Source of the DNA: Promethearchaeia archaeon
Lineage (GTDB): Archaea; Asgardarchaeota; Lokiarchaeia; Sigyniarchaeales; SOKP01
Assembly (NCBI GenBank): GCA_046483985.1
Contig: JAWOCD010000042.1
Span: forward strand, 1 to 38,456
Direction: 5' to 3'
DNA: 38,456 nt
Program-made: the position numbers and the translations under genes
The notes under the pieces: model-generated
Databases searched by the model: none
Told to the model about the DNA's origin: nothing
What the model saw: only the letters and a program-made list of their open reading frames with translations
In this document: one piece after another, positions 10,830-19,391 of the stretch
How the letters are laid out: every line of letters begins with the position of its first letter
How positions within the stretch are numbered: the first letter of the stretch is position 1

Positions 10830-11534
10830 TTATTCATTTAGCCAATTGAAGGCAAACTGAATTCTTTGCCCAACAGTTAATACCAACAGAAAGATATAAA
10901 GAAATATAAATCCAAAGAAGAAGGGTGTAAGAGGAGTTGTATTAATAAAGGAAATTTTAATTAATAATGGATCCCGGGTGAAATTCATTATGAAAAAATA
11001 AGCCCATATTTCAATAATAATAGCACCGAAGACAACTAGAATTCTTTCTGCTCGTTCCATCAAACCAACCCCCTTCATTTCTACGCCCTCAGATTCTGCC
11101 CGCGATCTTATATAAGATATCATTATAGTGAGAAATAAAATTAAAAAACCAGTAATGTATGAAATAAAACCCCCAAAGATGAGCCCCATAATAATAACTG
11201 CATCTGAGATTCTATCAAGATTTGAGTCCAAAAAGGCTCCTGCTGGACTTTCTTGTCCTGTCCTTCTTGCGACCTCTCCGTCAAACACATCGAAAGTCCC
11301 TCCAAGAAATATAAAAAAGGGAGCTGGCCAGGCAATCCAAATGGGATAATATATTCCTTTTATCGAAAGAAAAAAGGCTCCAATTATTATGCATGTCAAA
11401 CCAATATAGGATAATAGATTTGGAGTAACATTATGCTCTATCAGAAAGTTTACGGGCCAATCTAGAAATTTATCCAATGTGTTGCGCTGACTTTCTCGTT
11501 TCTTTTTCGCTTCTTGAATATTTTCCTTAGACAA
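10830..11534 (-). CDS. CDP-alcohol phosphatidyltransferase (archaetidylinositol phosphate synthase-like)
   Basis: TPNLLS; signature DVFDGEVARRTGQESPAGAFLDSNLDRISD; SYIRSRAE; GLMERAER. Confidence 0.9.
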   Translation of the reverse strand: MSKENIQEAKKKRESQRNTLDKFLDWPVNFLIEHNVTPNLLSYIGLTCIIIGAFFLSIKGIYYPIWIAWPAPFFIFLGGTFDVFDGEVARRTGQESPAGAFLDSNLDRISDAVIIMGLIFGGFISYITGFLILFLTIMISYIRSRAESEGVEMKGVGLMERAERILVVFGAIIIEIWAYFFIMNFTRDPLLIKISFINTTPLTPFFFGFIFLYIFLLVLTVGQRIQFAFNWLNE

Positions 11535-11591
11535 TTTAATGATCCCAAGAGGGCTTTGTTTAATTCTCAGTTATAATGAATAATTCGCTAC

Positions 11592-12254
11592 TCAAAATAA
11601 GTTTTCTTTTTTGGTAAGTATGATTTTAATTAACCTTATGGTATGTGAGCCTAAATAAGATTTTTTTCCTAAACTTAATTCTTTAAAATTATATTCTGCT
11701 AACTTGGTTGATTCAATAAAATCTCCTTGTTGATTTCCTATCAAAAATACGGATTTTTCTGGAATTTTCCGCGCCTCCATAAATTTTGATAACTCTTCCC
11801 CCGTTTCCTTGAGAATGTATATTTCATATTCTTTATTTTTTAAATCCTCTAACGCAGAAAGAATTTTTTGATTAGAATTGATTAACCCGTCTAATAATTC
11901 AATTTTTTTTTCATTAATTTTCTTTATTCCCATGTCTCGTTTTATTACTTCTACGAAATAATCTGTAAACTTAATTTCCGATTTGGGAAATTTAGCATAA
12001 TTTAATTCATCTGTATCGAAGATGTAAGTACCATATTTACCTAAAAATACCCAGATCTGAATGTTATCGCTAAAATACCCTTGATTAAGAAGAGCAGCTA
12101 AGATATTGCGAGAAACGACGTCTAAGCGCCCAGATGACCCAGGGATATCTTTAAGAGTAAATTGTCTGAGATTAATAGTATCAGATTTTATGAAGAAAAT
12201 CATTTCTAACTTGAAGTATGTTTTAGAATTAAAAATCTTACTTATTTTAGAAAT
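11592..12254 (-). CDS. trmY: tRNA (pseudouridine54-N1)-methyltransferase, SPOUT family
   Basis: DIPGSSGRLDVVSR; FLIGNQQG; LSLGKKSYLGSHTI. First ATG is at 12203, but an in-frame ATT at 12254 lies 7 nt after AAGGTGA. Confidence 0.8.
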   Translation of the reverse strand: MSKISKIFNSKTYFKLEMIFFIKSDTINLRQFTLKDIPGSSGRLDVVSRNILAALLNQGYFSDNIQIWVFLGKYGTYIFDTDELNYAKFPKSEIKFTDYFVEVIKRDMGIKKINEKKIELLDGLINSNQKILSALEDLKNKEYEIYILKETGEELSKFMEARKIPEKSVFLIGNQQGDFIESTKLAEYNFKELSLGKKSYLGSHTIRLIKIILTKKENLF

Positions 12255-12407
12255 TGAACGGTCACCTTTATACTCGGGGTTTTCGCTTTTAAAAAATACA
12301 AATAATTATTATAATTTTCTTTTTTCCTTCTTTTAATTTCTATCTTACGATATATGAACTTTCGTCAAAATAAAAAGAATTAATTTCCTATTTTGATTAT
12401 TGTAACT

Positions 12408-13451
12408 ATGACTACGAAACCTACCTTTGGAAATTTGATAGCTTCTAAGACTCTGAATAAAATAGATAAGTATATGCTTATTACTATGAAGGAGCCGTGG
12501 AAAATTATCGATGATTCTCTTATCAATAGCCCGACTCTCAAGATTTATAATAATAGTATGGATATTGAGCATTTAGAAACGTTTGCCGACTCATTTACGG
12601 CATTTATTGACGAAGACTTCACAATTGTGGGTCTTGGGGGAGGTACCGCTTGCGACACAGCGAAATATATAGCTTGGAAAATGAAAGAAGAATTTGACTT
12701 GGAATTAGACCTGATCTTAATCCCTTCCATTATTTCAGTTGATGCTTTTTTATGCTCTTCCATCGCGATTAGAGCGGATAATAAGGTCAAATATATTGGG
12801 GAGAGTAGACCTAAAAAAATTCTTATTGATTATGATATCATAAAAGAGGCACCCCCATATTTAAATCGTGCTGGAGTGTCCGATACGATTTCAATTACTT
12901 CAGCATTAGGGGATTGGAAACTTGAGCGGGATGAGGTAGACGGAAAGTTTGATCGTGTTGTGTTCCAAAAAGCGAAACAGATTGTTTCAGACTTGATGGA
13001 CGCCCGAAAAGAAATTAGAGACGTATCAGAAGAAGGGATCAAAGCTTTAGTCAACGGACTTTATGAAGAAGTGGTATTATGTGAATCTTGGGGCAACTCT
13101 CGACCAGAAGAAGGGAGTGAACATTTTCTTGCATATTGCCTTGAATCTATTACTGGTGATCATTATATTCATGGGAATCTCATCGGAATGACCGTGTTAA
13201 TTAGTCTCTTCCTACAAGAAGAGTACGCAGAATTTTCCACAGAGACAATAAAAGCATTTTTTGACGATATCCAAATTAAGATTAAACCAGAAGATCAAAA
13301 TATTAAATACGGGGATATCAGAAAGGCCCTTAAGCAAGTTCAAGAATATATCGTGCGAGAGGATTTAGCGTATTCCATCTATAGTTCTCCTCGCCTTAAA
13401 TTGAATAAGATCAAGATAGATGAGGTTCTTTCCTTTTTGAAGGATTTATAA
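12408..13451 (+). CDS. sn-glycerol-1-phosphate dehydrogenase-like protein (EgsA/AraM family)
   Basis: GLGGGTACDTAK, PSIISVDA, RAGVSD, SRPEEGSEH and HG metal/NAD motifs. Alternative TTG start at 12393. Confidence 0.75.
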   Translation: MTTKPTFGNLIASKTLNKIDKYMLITMKEPWKIIDDSLINSPTLKIYNNSMDIEHLETFADSFTAFIDEDFTIVGLGGGTACDTAKYIAWKMKEEFDLELDLILIPSIISVDAFLCSSIAIRADNKVKYIGESRPKKILIDYDIIKEAPPYLNRAGVSDTISITSALGDWKLERDEVDGKFDRVVFQKAKQIVSDLMDARKEIRDVSEEGIKALVNGLYEEVVLCESWGNSRPEEGSEHFLAYCLESITGDHYIHGNLIGMTVLISLFLQEEYAEFSTETIKAFFDDIQIKIKPEDQNIKYGDIRKALKQVQEYIVREDLAYSIYSSPRLKLNKIKIDEVLSFLKDL

Positions 13452-13531
13452 TACTGGAAGAATTGAAAAAAATCTACCCATTTAGGATGGAGTTCCTTAT
13501 TGGTGCTTTGGCTTTTTTTCTTATTTTTTAC

Positions 13532-13756
13532 CCATAGAGTGCGAGAAAGCACCGTCCTTCAGAGCGCTGATGAATCGCCCATATATTTATAAAGGAGCGC
13601 TACTATAATGTAATTGATGGACGATAACCAAGTTCATCCTCAACCGTAGGGACTACGGGGTTAGCGTTTGGAGAGGATGTAAGACCGATGTTATCTGTAT
13701 CGGCGATTCTCGATGAATTACGAATCCATCGCTCTTTAAGGGGCGTGGTAGTTCAA
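13532..13756 (+). mobile_element. Non-autonomous IS200/IS605-family mini-element, copy 1 (left end + promoter + omegaRNA-like right end)
   Basis: Preceded by TTAC (13528-13531); AAAG then left-end hairpin; TTTATAAA at 13586-13593; right end GAAT-hairpin-TCAA; close inverted copy at 21567-21789. Confidence 0.85.
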
Positions 13757-14152
13757 TATAGTTTAAATGGGAAAACGATGATAGAATAATTCGGCATATC
13801 GAGGGCACGTATGAAAACAGATGATTACGTGTGCAAAATAATGCCAATATCTTGAGTTTTATAATTGATATTTCTGCAAAAAATAATGGGCTCTTAACCG
13901 AGTAAGGGAAAGTTCCCCACAATGAGGTAGAGTCAGTACCCAGGTTGCAGACAAATTATTTTCCCTCACGCATAGAAATTATTTGCCTAACACGAGAGAA
14001 CATTTTTGATTTTACGGATAATCCGTGAATTGAAAAAATGAGTTAGTGATTTAGGCTACAATATATGCTCCCTTCTTTCAAAATGAGATTTTTGTAACAT
14101 AAATTTTGTGCTAAAGGTTAAGAAAATTAGCTTTTTTCGTAGAAATAGAAAA

Positions 14153-14638
14153 TTAGAGCATTCCTAAAGAGTCAGAATTAAATAATTCTTTGAGCTCTTT
14201 ATTAATCCCTTCTTGTTCGCTGGAGCTTTCTAGATAGCGCTTAAGTATTTTTGCTATCTTGGGTGCCCAACGCTTGAGTAAAGCTCTAATTAATCCAATT
14301 TGCACGTTGAGATCGGTCGCCACGCAGAGCACCCCTTCGTCCACTTGCACTGAGAAAATGATTCCCTCATTATATTCGGTAATTTGAAGGTTAATATCAC
14401 CATACCCTAATATCTGACCTTGCTCCTCTCCTGCAGTAAACACAGCGCCTCCAATAGCACCAATCTTTTCCACTGATACGTTATCCTCGGAAAAACGGTA
14501 TTTCGATTGACTTAGGATAGTAATGCCGGTATCATCGATGATGAGTACGTGTTTTATCCCTGGCGTACTATTTATAATGCGATGTAAGATCTTTTTCAGC
14601 AACTTTTCATCTTGAGAAAAATCTTGAGAGGTGCTCAT
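14153..14638 (-). CDS. Roadblock/LC7-domain protein
   Basis: PGIKHVLIIDDTGITILS, helix IGAIGGAVFTAGE, and strand-strand-helix end, typical of the roadblock/MglB fold. Confidence 0.85.
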   Translation of the reverse strand: MSTSQDFSQDEKLLKKILHRIINSTPGIKHVLIIDDTGITILSQSKYRFSEDNVSVEKIGAIGGAVFTAGEEQGQILGYGDINLQITEYNEGIIFSVQVDEGVLCVATDLNVQIGLIRALLKRWAPKIAKILKRYLESSSEQEGINKELKELFNSDSLGML

Positions 14639-14845
14639 ATTTTTACGGAACCCATTATTAGATATTTCTTCTTATATTTCTATTGGGTATTTATGTTTAA
14701 AAAGTTTTAAAAAATACTTTCCATTTATCAAAAATTTGGTTTAAGAAATTAAAAATGATTTTTATTTAAATATTTGATGGGTCTTATATATATATCGATC
14801 TATCAACACGAAAAAGGAGATTTTTGGCCTAATTTATAAAATCCC

Positions 14846-15199
14846 TTAAAATAAATTCTGATTTCGCACAATTTTTTTCAGTGATTTAAACCGATTAATA
14901 TATTTATACGACTTCCGAAGGAGTAATAACATCCGAACATTTTCTTCTTTCCCGATATCTCGTTTTACTTGCATGTACTCTGACTCGCCCTCTGGGATGA
15001 TATCTCTCGTATCCGTTATTGCACTTAAAGCTAATTCATTTTCACGGATATGAAACTTCTCTGGCATTTCACTAGCGATGGGAAATCCATTTTTATCGGT
15101 AATGATACCTGCCACAAAGTTGGGAAATGTTTTTCTCACTTCAGAAAGAAAACCCTTAACATCTTGCTCTTTAAGTAATTTATCCAACCTACTCACCAT
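14846..15199 (-). CDS. Roadblock-like protein
   Basis: Roadblock N-terminal pattern AGIITDKNGFPIAS; C-terminal half divergent. Confidence 0.6.
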   Translation of the reverse strand: MVSRLDKLLKEQDVKGFLSEVRKTFPNFVAGIITDKNGFPIASEMPEKFHIRENELALSAITDTRDIIPEGESEYMQVKRDIGKEENVRMLLLLRKSYKYINRFKSLKKIVRNQNLF

Positions 15200-15340
15200 T
15201 AATATTTTTCTTTACTCTAAATATTGTTTGAACTTTATTTAAGGAGAGTAATATGAAGATAACACGGTGACATTGCCATTTCAGAGTAGATACATTTAAA
15301 AAAGAGAATTGATAGAAGAGAGAAGAATAAGTAATATTAA

Positions 15341-16231
15341 TTACAAAGTAAGGGTATGGGTGAGTATATTGTAAATCTTATTCCAATATTCCTCAATTTC
15401 CCATGATGTTTTTTCCTTAAACTTATTTGAGATTTCTTGAAGAATGTTCTTTATCTTTAGGGAGTGGAAGTAGGAAATCTTTGGAGCAATTACTGCAAGC
15501 ATATAATTTTTTTCCCCTCCGCGAAACGTATCATCATAACATGAATCGAAGAAAATATAACTTTCCAATTGAAAATTTTCAATTTTTGCGTGAATGCTTT
15601 CAGATTTGCTTATTTTTTCTTGACCATAAATTGTGGTCGCAGCACCATATAACTGACGACTGATCTCTTCTATGGGATAACTCTCGTCTATATCTTGTGG
15701 ATAAAAATTTATGAGTTTCGGCCCCAATTTGTCGTCCCATTCAACGTGAATTAATATAATTTTTTTCCGGTCCTCCTTAGTTAGATTGGTTTTGAAACTA
15801 TCCTTATATTTTAAAAAACGCTTTTTAATTTGGTTGTTCATTTTTTCATTTCTCTTATTCCTCTGAAATCTTCCCATAATGGTCGCTAATAAATCCTCCT
15901 CATCAAAGGGTTTTGTTAGATAATCATCTGCTCCTAATAATTTTCCTAAGCGAATATCCTCTGGCGAATCTAAAGCAGTTAGAAAGATAAACTGTATATC
16001 ACAATAGGTGGGATCTTCAGATAAAGCCTTAAAGAAATCGTATCCATCCATTTCGGGCATCATGATATCGCTGACAATCAAATCAGGTAATTCTTCTACT
16101 CTTTCCAGTTTTTTTAATGCATCTTTTCCATTCTTTGCAGTTATAACCTTCCATTCATTACGTTCTAAGACTGACTCAATATATCCCAAAATATCTGCGT
16201 TATCTTCGACAACGAGGATTAAAGGCTCTAT
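15341..16231 (-). CDS. Response regulator receiver domain fused to a longin/uDENN-like domain
   Basis: Receiver motifs PLILVVEDN (upstream of the called TTG; proposed ATA start at 16231), PDLIVSDIMMPEMDG, FLTA, GADDYLTKPF. C-terminal domain begins ILIHVEWDDKLGPKLINFYP. Confidence 0.8.
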   Translation of the reverse strand: MEPLILVVEDNADILGYIESVLERNEWKVITAKNGKDALKKLERVEELPDLIVSDIMMPEMDGYDFFKALSEDPTYCDIQFIFLTALDSPEDIRLGKLLGADDYLTKPFDEEDLLATIMGRFQRNKRNEKMNNQIKKRFLKYKDSFKTNLTKEDRKKIILIHVEWDDKLGPKLINFYPQDIDESYPIEEISRQLYGAATTIYGQEKISKSESIHAKIENFQLESYIFFDSCYDDTFRGGEKNYMLAVIAPKISYFHSLKIKNILQEISNKFKEKTSWEIEEYWNKIYNILTHTLTL

Positions 16232-16628
16232 TTTTATCCTACCTTCATTAATTTTTATTCCAATTCATATAATATTATAATTCAAAGATTTAATCATTTA
16301 CGTATATATAAGTTTTGATTATTTAATTTTTATTTCATATAGTGAGAAAAAAATGGAAAAACAAAGAAAAACATCTATCCTATTGGCAGAAATAATGTTC
16401 ATAGGGAGCAGAATAATAATATCATAGTTTTGTAGAATATGTTTGGCTTTTAGAGATCCAATATATTTCCCTCTTCCACAGGATAATCCCATCTTTATGG
16501 ATAAGGTTCATAAATTTCTAAAATAAGAGTACCACTTGAATTTTGAGAGAATTTTTAGGTCTTTCGAAGGAAAAAATAAAAGAGAAAATACAAAAATTTA
16601 AAATAGTTCTGAAAGCCTAAAAAATGGT

Positions 16629-17696
16629 TTATTTTTTGTTTCGTTTAGATTTTTTTAAGGAAATCCCTAATTTTAAGTTATTGACTAGTTCCGCAAATCG
16701 ATTGCGCACTGTCACCTCAGTCACTTGGCTAATCCGCGCAATCTTTCTTTGTGTCCTTCTCTCTTTCGAAATGATTGATGCCGCATAGATCGCAGCCGCG
16801 CAGACTCCAGTGGGTCCTCGACCAGAGGTTAATCCGCGCATTTCGGCACGTTTAATAATTTTTTTGGCATTTTTTTGGCATCTTTGACTAAGTTCTAGTT
16901 CGGAGATGAACCGGGGCAGGTAATCCAGTGCTTTTGTGGGATTGAGGTTGAGGTGAAGTTCTTTAGAAATAAATCGAAAGGATCGACCAATTTCTTTTTT
17001 ATCTACCCTTGCTACTTCTGCAATTTCATTTAACGTTCGGGGGATTCGGTATCGTCGACATCCTGCATATAATGCTGCAGCTGCTACACCTTCAATACTT
17101 CTTCCTCTAATTAAATGCTTTTCAACGGCATCTCGATAAATTTTCGCTGAACATTCTCGTAAATTTTTGGGAAGGTCTAAGTTTGAAGCCATTCTATCTA
17201 ATTCCGATAGAGCAAAAGTCAAATTGCGCTCAGTAGCGTCACTTACTCGAATACGACTTTGCCATTTTCGTAGTCGATAAATTTGTCCTCGCATTTTTGC
17301 GGGAATCTCATTTCCGAAGATGTCTTTATTTTTGTAATCAATCATGGTACTGAGCCCTTTATCGTGGATCATATAGGTCATAGGAGCTCCAGTTCTAGTC
17401 CGTTTTTTCTTTTGTTCTGCATCGAATGCCCGCCATTCGGGCCCGTGGTCGATGTGATTTTCGCCGTGCACGAGACCACACTCTACACACACTTTTAAAC
17501 CCCTTTCGGGATCGAAGGAGATTGTATGGCCGCATTCAGAGCAAACATTCCCTTTTGCATTTAAATCTTCAGTAGGTTTCCTTAACTCATTTGAATTCCA
17601 ACTTGAAATATTTTTAGATCTTTCAGAAGGGGTAATACCATCCGTATTGAGTTCTTCGGGAGAAGAATCTCGATTTATTTTTTTTTTACTTGAAAT
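16629..17696 (-). CDS. tfb: Transcription initiation factor IIB (TFB)
   Basis: Zinc ribbon CSECG...VCVECG, GPEWRAF, cyclin repeats ([21 protein letters not shown]). Frame extends upstream of the called GTG to an ATT at 17696 behind AAGGTG. Confidence 0.95.
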   Translation of the reverse strand: MSSKKKINRDSSPEELNTDGITPSERSKNISSWNSNELRKPTEDLNAKGNVCSECGHTISFDPERGLKVCVECGLVHGENHIDHGPEWRAFDAEQKKKRTRTGAPMTYMIHDKGLSTMIDYKNKDIFGNEIPAKMRGQIYRLRKWQSRIRVSDATERNLTFALSELDRMASNLDLPKNLRECSAKIYRDAVEKHLIRGRSIEGVAAAALYAGCRRYRIPRTLNEIAEVARVDKKEIGRSFRFISKELHLNLNPTKALDYLPRFISELELSQRCQKNAKKIIKRAEMRGLTSGRGPTGVCAAAIYAASIISKERRTQRKIARISQVTEVTVRNRFAELVNNLKLGISLKKSKRNKK

Positions 17697-17734
17697 ATTC
17701 TTACACCTTAAATTGCTGGTATGTTCGGGGGTGA

Positions 17735-17992
17735 TTAATTCATTTTAACGTAAAGTTTATTATGTGGGTTAAATTCATCTTGGGAACTGACTTTTACGGA
17801 AATAAAAGGAGATATCGTGGGGCCGAAGATGTCATGAATACGTCCAATTTTCTTATACTTTTCATTAAAAACAGGACGTTTGAATACACATTCTAACTTA
17901 TTTTTCCAACTCTTAACTCTGAAAATGTGTTTTTTGTTGGATGACTGACCTAAATAATGAGATCGTAATTTAACCCATTTCATAGTATGCAC
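17735..17992 (-). CDS. gar1: H/ACA RNP protein Gar1
   Basis: Motif [21 protein letters not shown]; adjacent to tfb, a common archaeal gene order. Confidence 0.85.
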   Translation of the reverse strand: MHTMKWVKLRSHYLGQSSNKKHIFRVKSWKNKLECVFKRPVFNEKYKKIGRIHDIFGPTISPFISVKVSSQDEFNPHNKLYVKMN

Positions 17993-18275
17993 GTAGACAT
18001 AGATTAATAATTGTTATATAGATAAATTCTAATAATTGAACATATTTAAATGTAATTATTTTTCTGTTACATCTTTTATTTAAACGATCCTTTTACCAAA
18101 TAAAAGCATCTCTAAAAAGAGTTTTTTCTTGAGTCAAATCCTTTCAGATTTCAATATATTCCCATATAAGTGGGAAATAATTAATTTAATGCAATATCAA
18201 AACAAATAGAATAAGAAACTTAAATTATATATATTGGATACAAATAATGTATAAGGTTTTATTGATCAAAAAAAC

Positions 18276-19391
18276 TTAATCCCGAAGATGATAGGTAAAA
18301 CTTTTTTGTAATTCGTACTCCGTTTTACAACCACATACTGCATTATCAATCTCCAAATGCTTTAGATCTTGTGTCATGACAAACTGCTGCAATAACTCTT
18401 TCATTTCATAATTACATCCATATCTTTGGCAATTATGGATCCCGCGTTTAGTTCCCGCCCCAGAGGGGTCGGAAATTAGCCGGAGGGTTTTGAGATCTCC
18501 CTGAGTTATTCCCTCTTGGATCGCAGTAAAGAGGGAATAAAACCAAGGCGCCCTATATATTTTCTTTCTCCAGAGATATTCTACATAAGAACCTTTCTGA
18601 ATATTTACGGGATTGATTGAAATGGTATTAATATCCGTGGTTTTGAGGGTATTTAATGAATTAACACAATCATCAATTGCGGCTTGTTCATTAAAAAAGG
18701 GAGGTTTAAATAGCAAATAGACACGAACTCCAATATCCAAATCATGAAGCAAGGCTACTTTATCGAGAAACTCAGAGAATTGAAGACCCTTATTAATATA
18801 TATATTTCGGATAAAATCATTAACCGTTTCCAGTCCTATCCCAATCTCAAGATATTTTCCGGACAATTTTTCTTTAAAATCGTTCATTTTATCTCTAGTT
18901 AGATACTCTATTCGCGATTCAACTACAATTTCTTTTATATTTTTAAGCTCAGCGAGTTTTCCATAAATATGGTTGCGAACTTCTGGAGAGATTTCCCCCT
19001 CGTCGAAAAAGCTTCCGGAATTAAATATTTTTACCACATATTGCTTAGAATCTTGCTTTATCTGCGCTCTAAACTGGGATAATGCATGTTCAAACTGAGA
19101 AATGATTAAGGAATCTTTGACTGGATCATAAGCTGAATCTTTTATGTAACCGCACATTGAACATCCTCCTTTTTCGCCTAATGCCCAGCTACATCCGCGG
19201 GTTTTTAGAATAATGGTGAGTTCCTTTCCTTGCTTATTTAAGAGCCGATCTTCTTTTACCCAAAATGCAACTGGTTTTGCCAATTCCTTTTCTGATGGAT
19301 GCTTTTTCCGCTTGAGGAACTTATCCCGACTAAATTTAATTTCTTCTTGGATTAATTTTTTTAGTTTTGCTTCCTTAGTCGACTGTTTCAT
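18276..19391 (-). CDS. raSEA: Archaeosine biosynthesis radical SAM enzyme (RaSEA)
   Basis: TRGCSW...GCSMCGY (CX6CX2C), FNSGSFFD, VESR, IGLET, LLFKPPF, HNC; overlaps arcS. Confidence 0.88.
   Translation of the reverse strand: MKQSTKEAKLKKLIQEEIKFSRDKFLKRKKHPSEKELAKPVAFWVKEDRLLNKQGKELTIILKTRGCSWALGEKGGCSMCGYIKDSAYDPVKDSLIISQFEHALSQFRAQIKQDSKQYVVKIFNSGSFFDEGEISPEVRNHIYGKLAELKNIKEIVVESRIEYLTRDKMNDFKEKLSGKYLEIGIGLETVNDFIRNIYINKGLQFSEFLDKVALLHDLDIGVRVYLLFKPPFFNEQAAIDDCVNSLNTLKTTDINTISINPVNIQKGSYVEYLWRKKIYRAPWFYSLFTAIQEGITQGDLKTLRLISDPSGAGTKRGIHNCQRYGCNYEMKELLQQFVMTQDLKHLEIDNAVCGCKTEYELQKSFTYHLRD

Noticed and set aside
13653-13922. ORFs 13653-13922 and 21672-21860
   Set aside because: They overlap the mini-elements and are not conserved as reading frames between copies.
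14011-14029. Palindrome TTTACGGATAATCCGTGAA
   Set aside because: Single occurrence with no context to assign a function.
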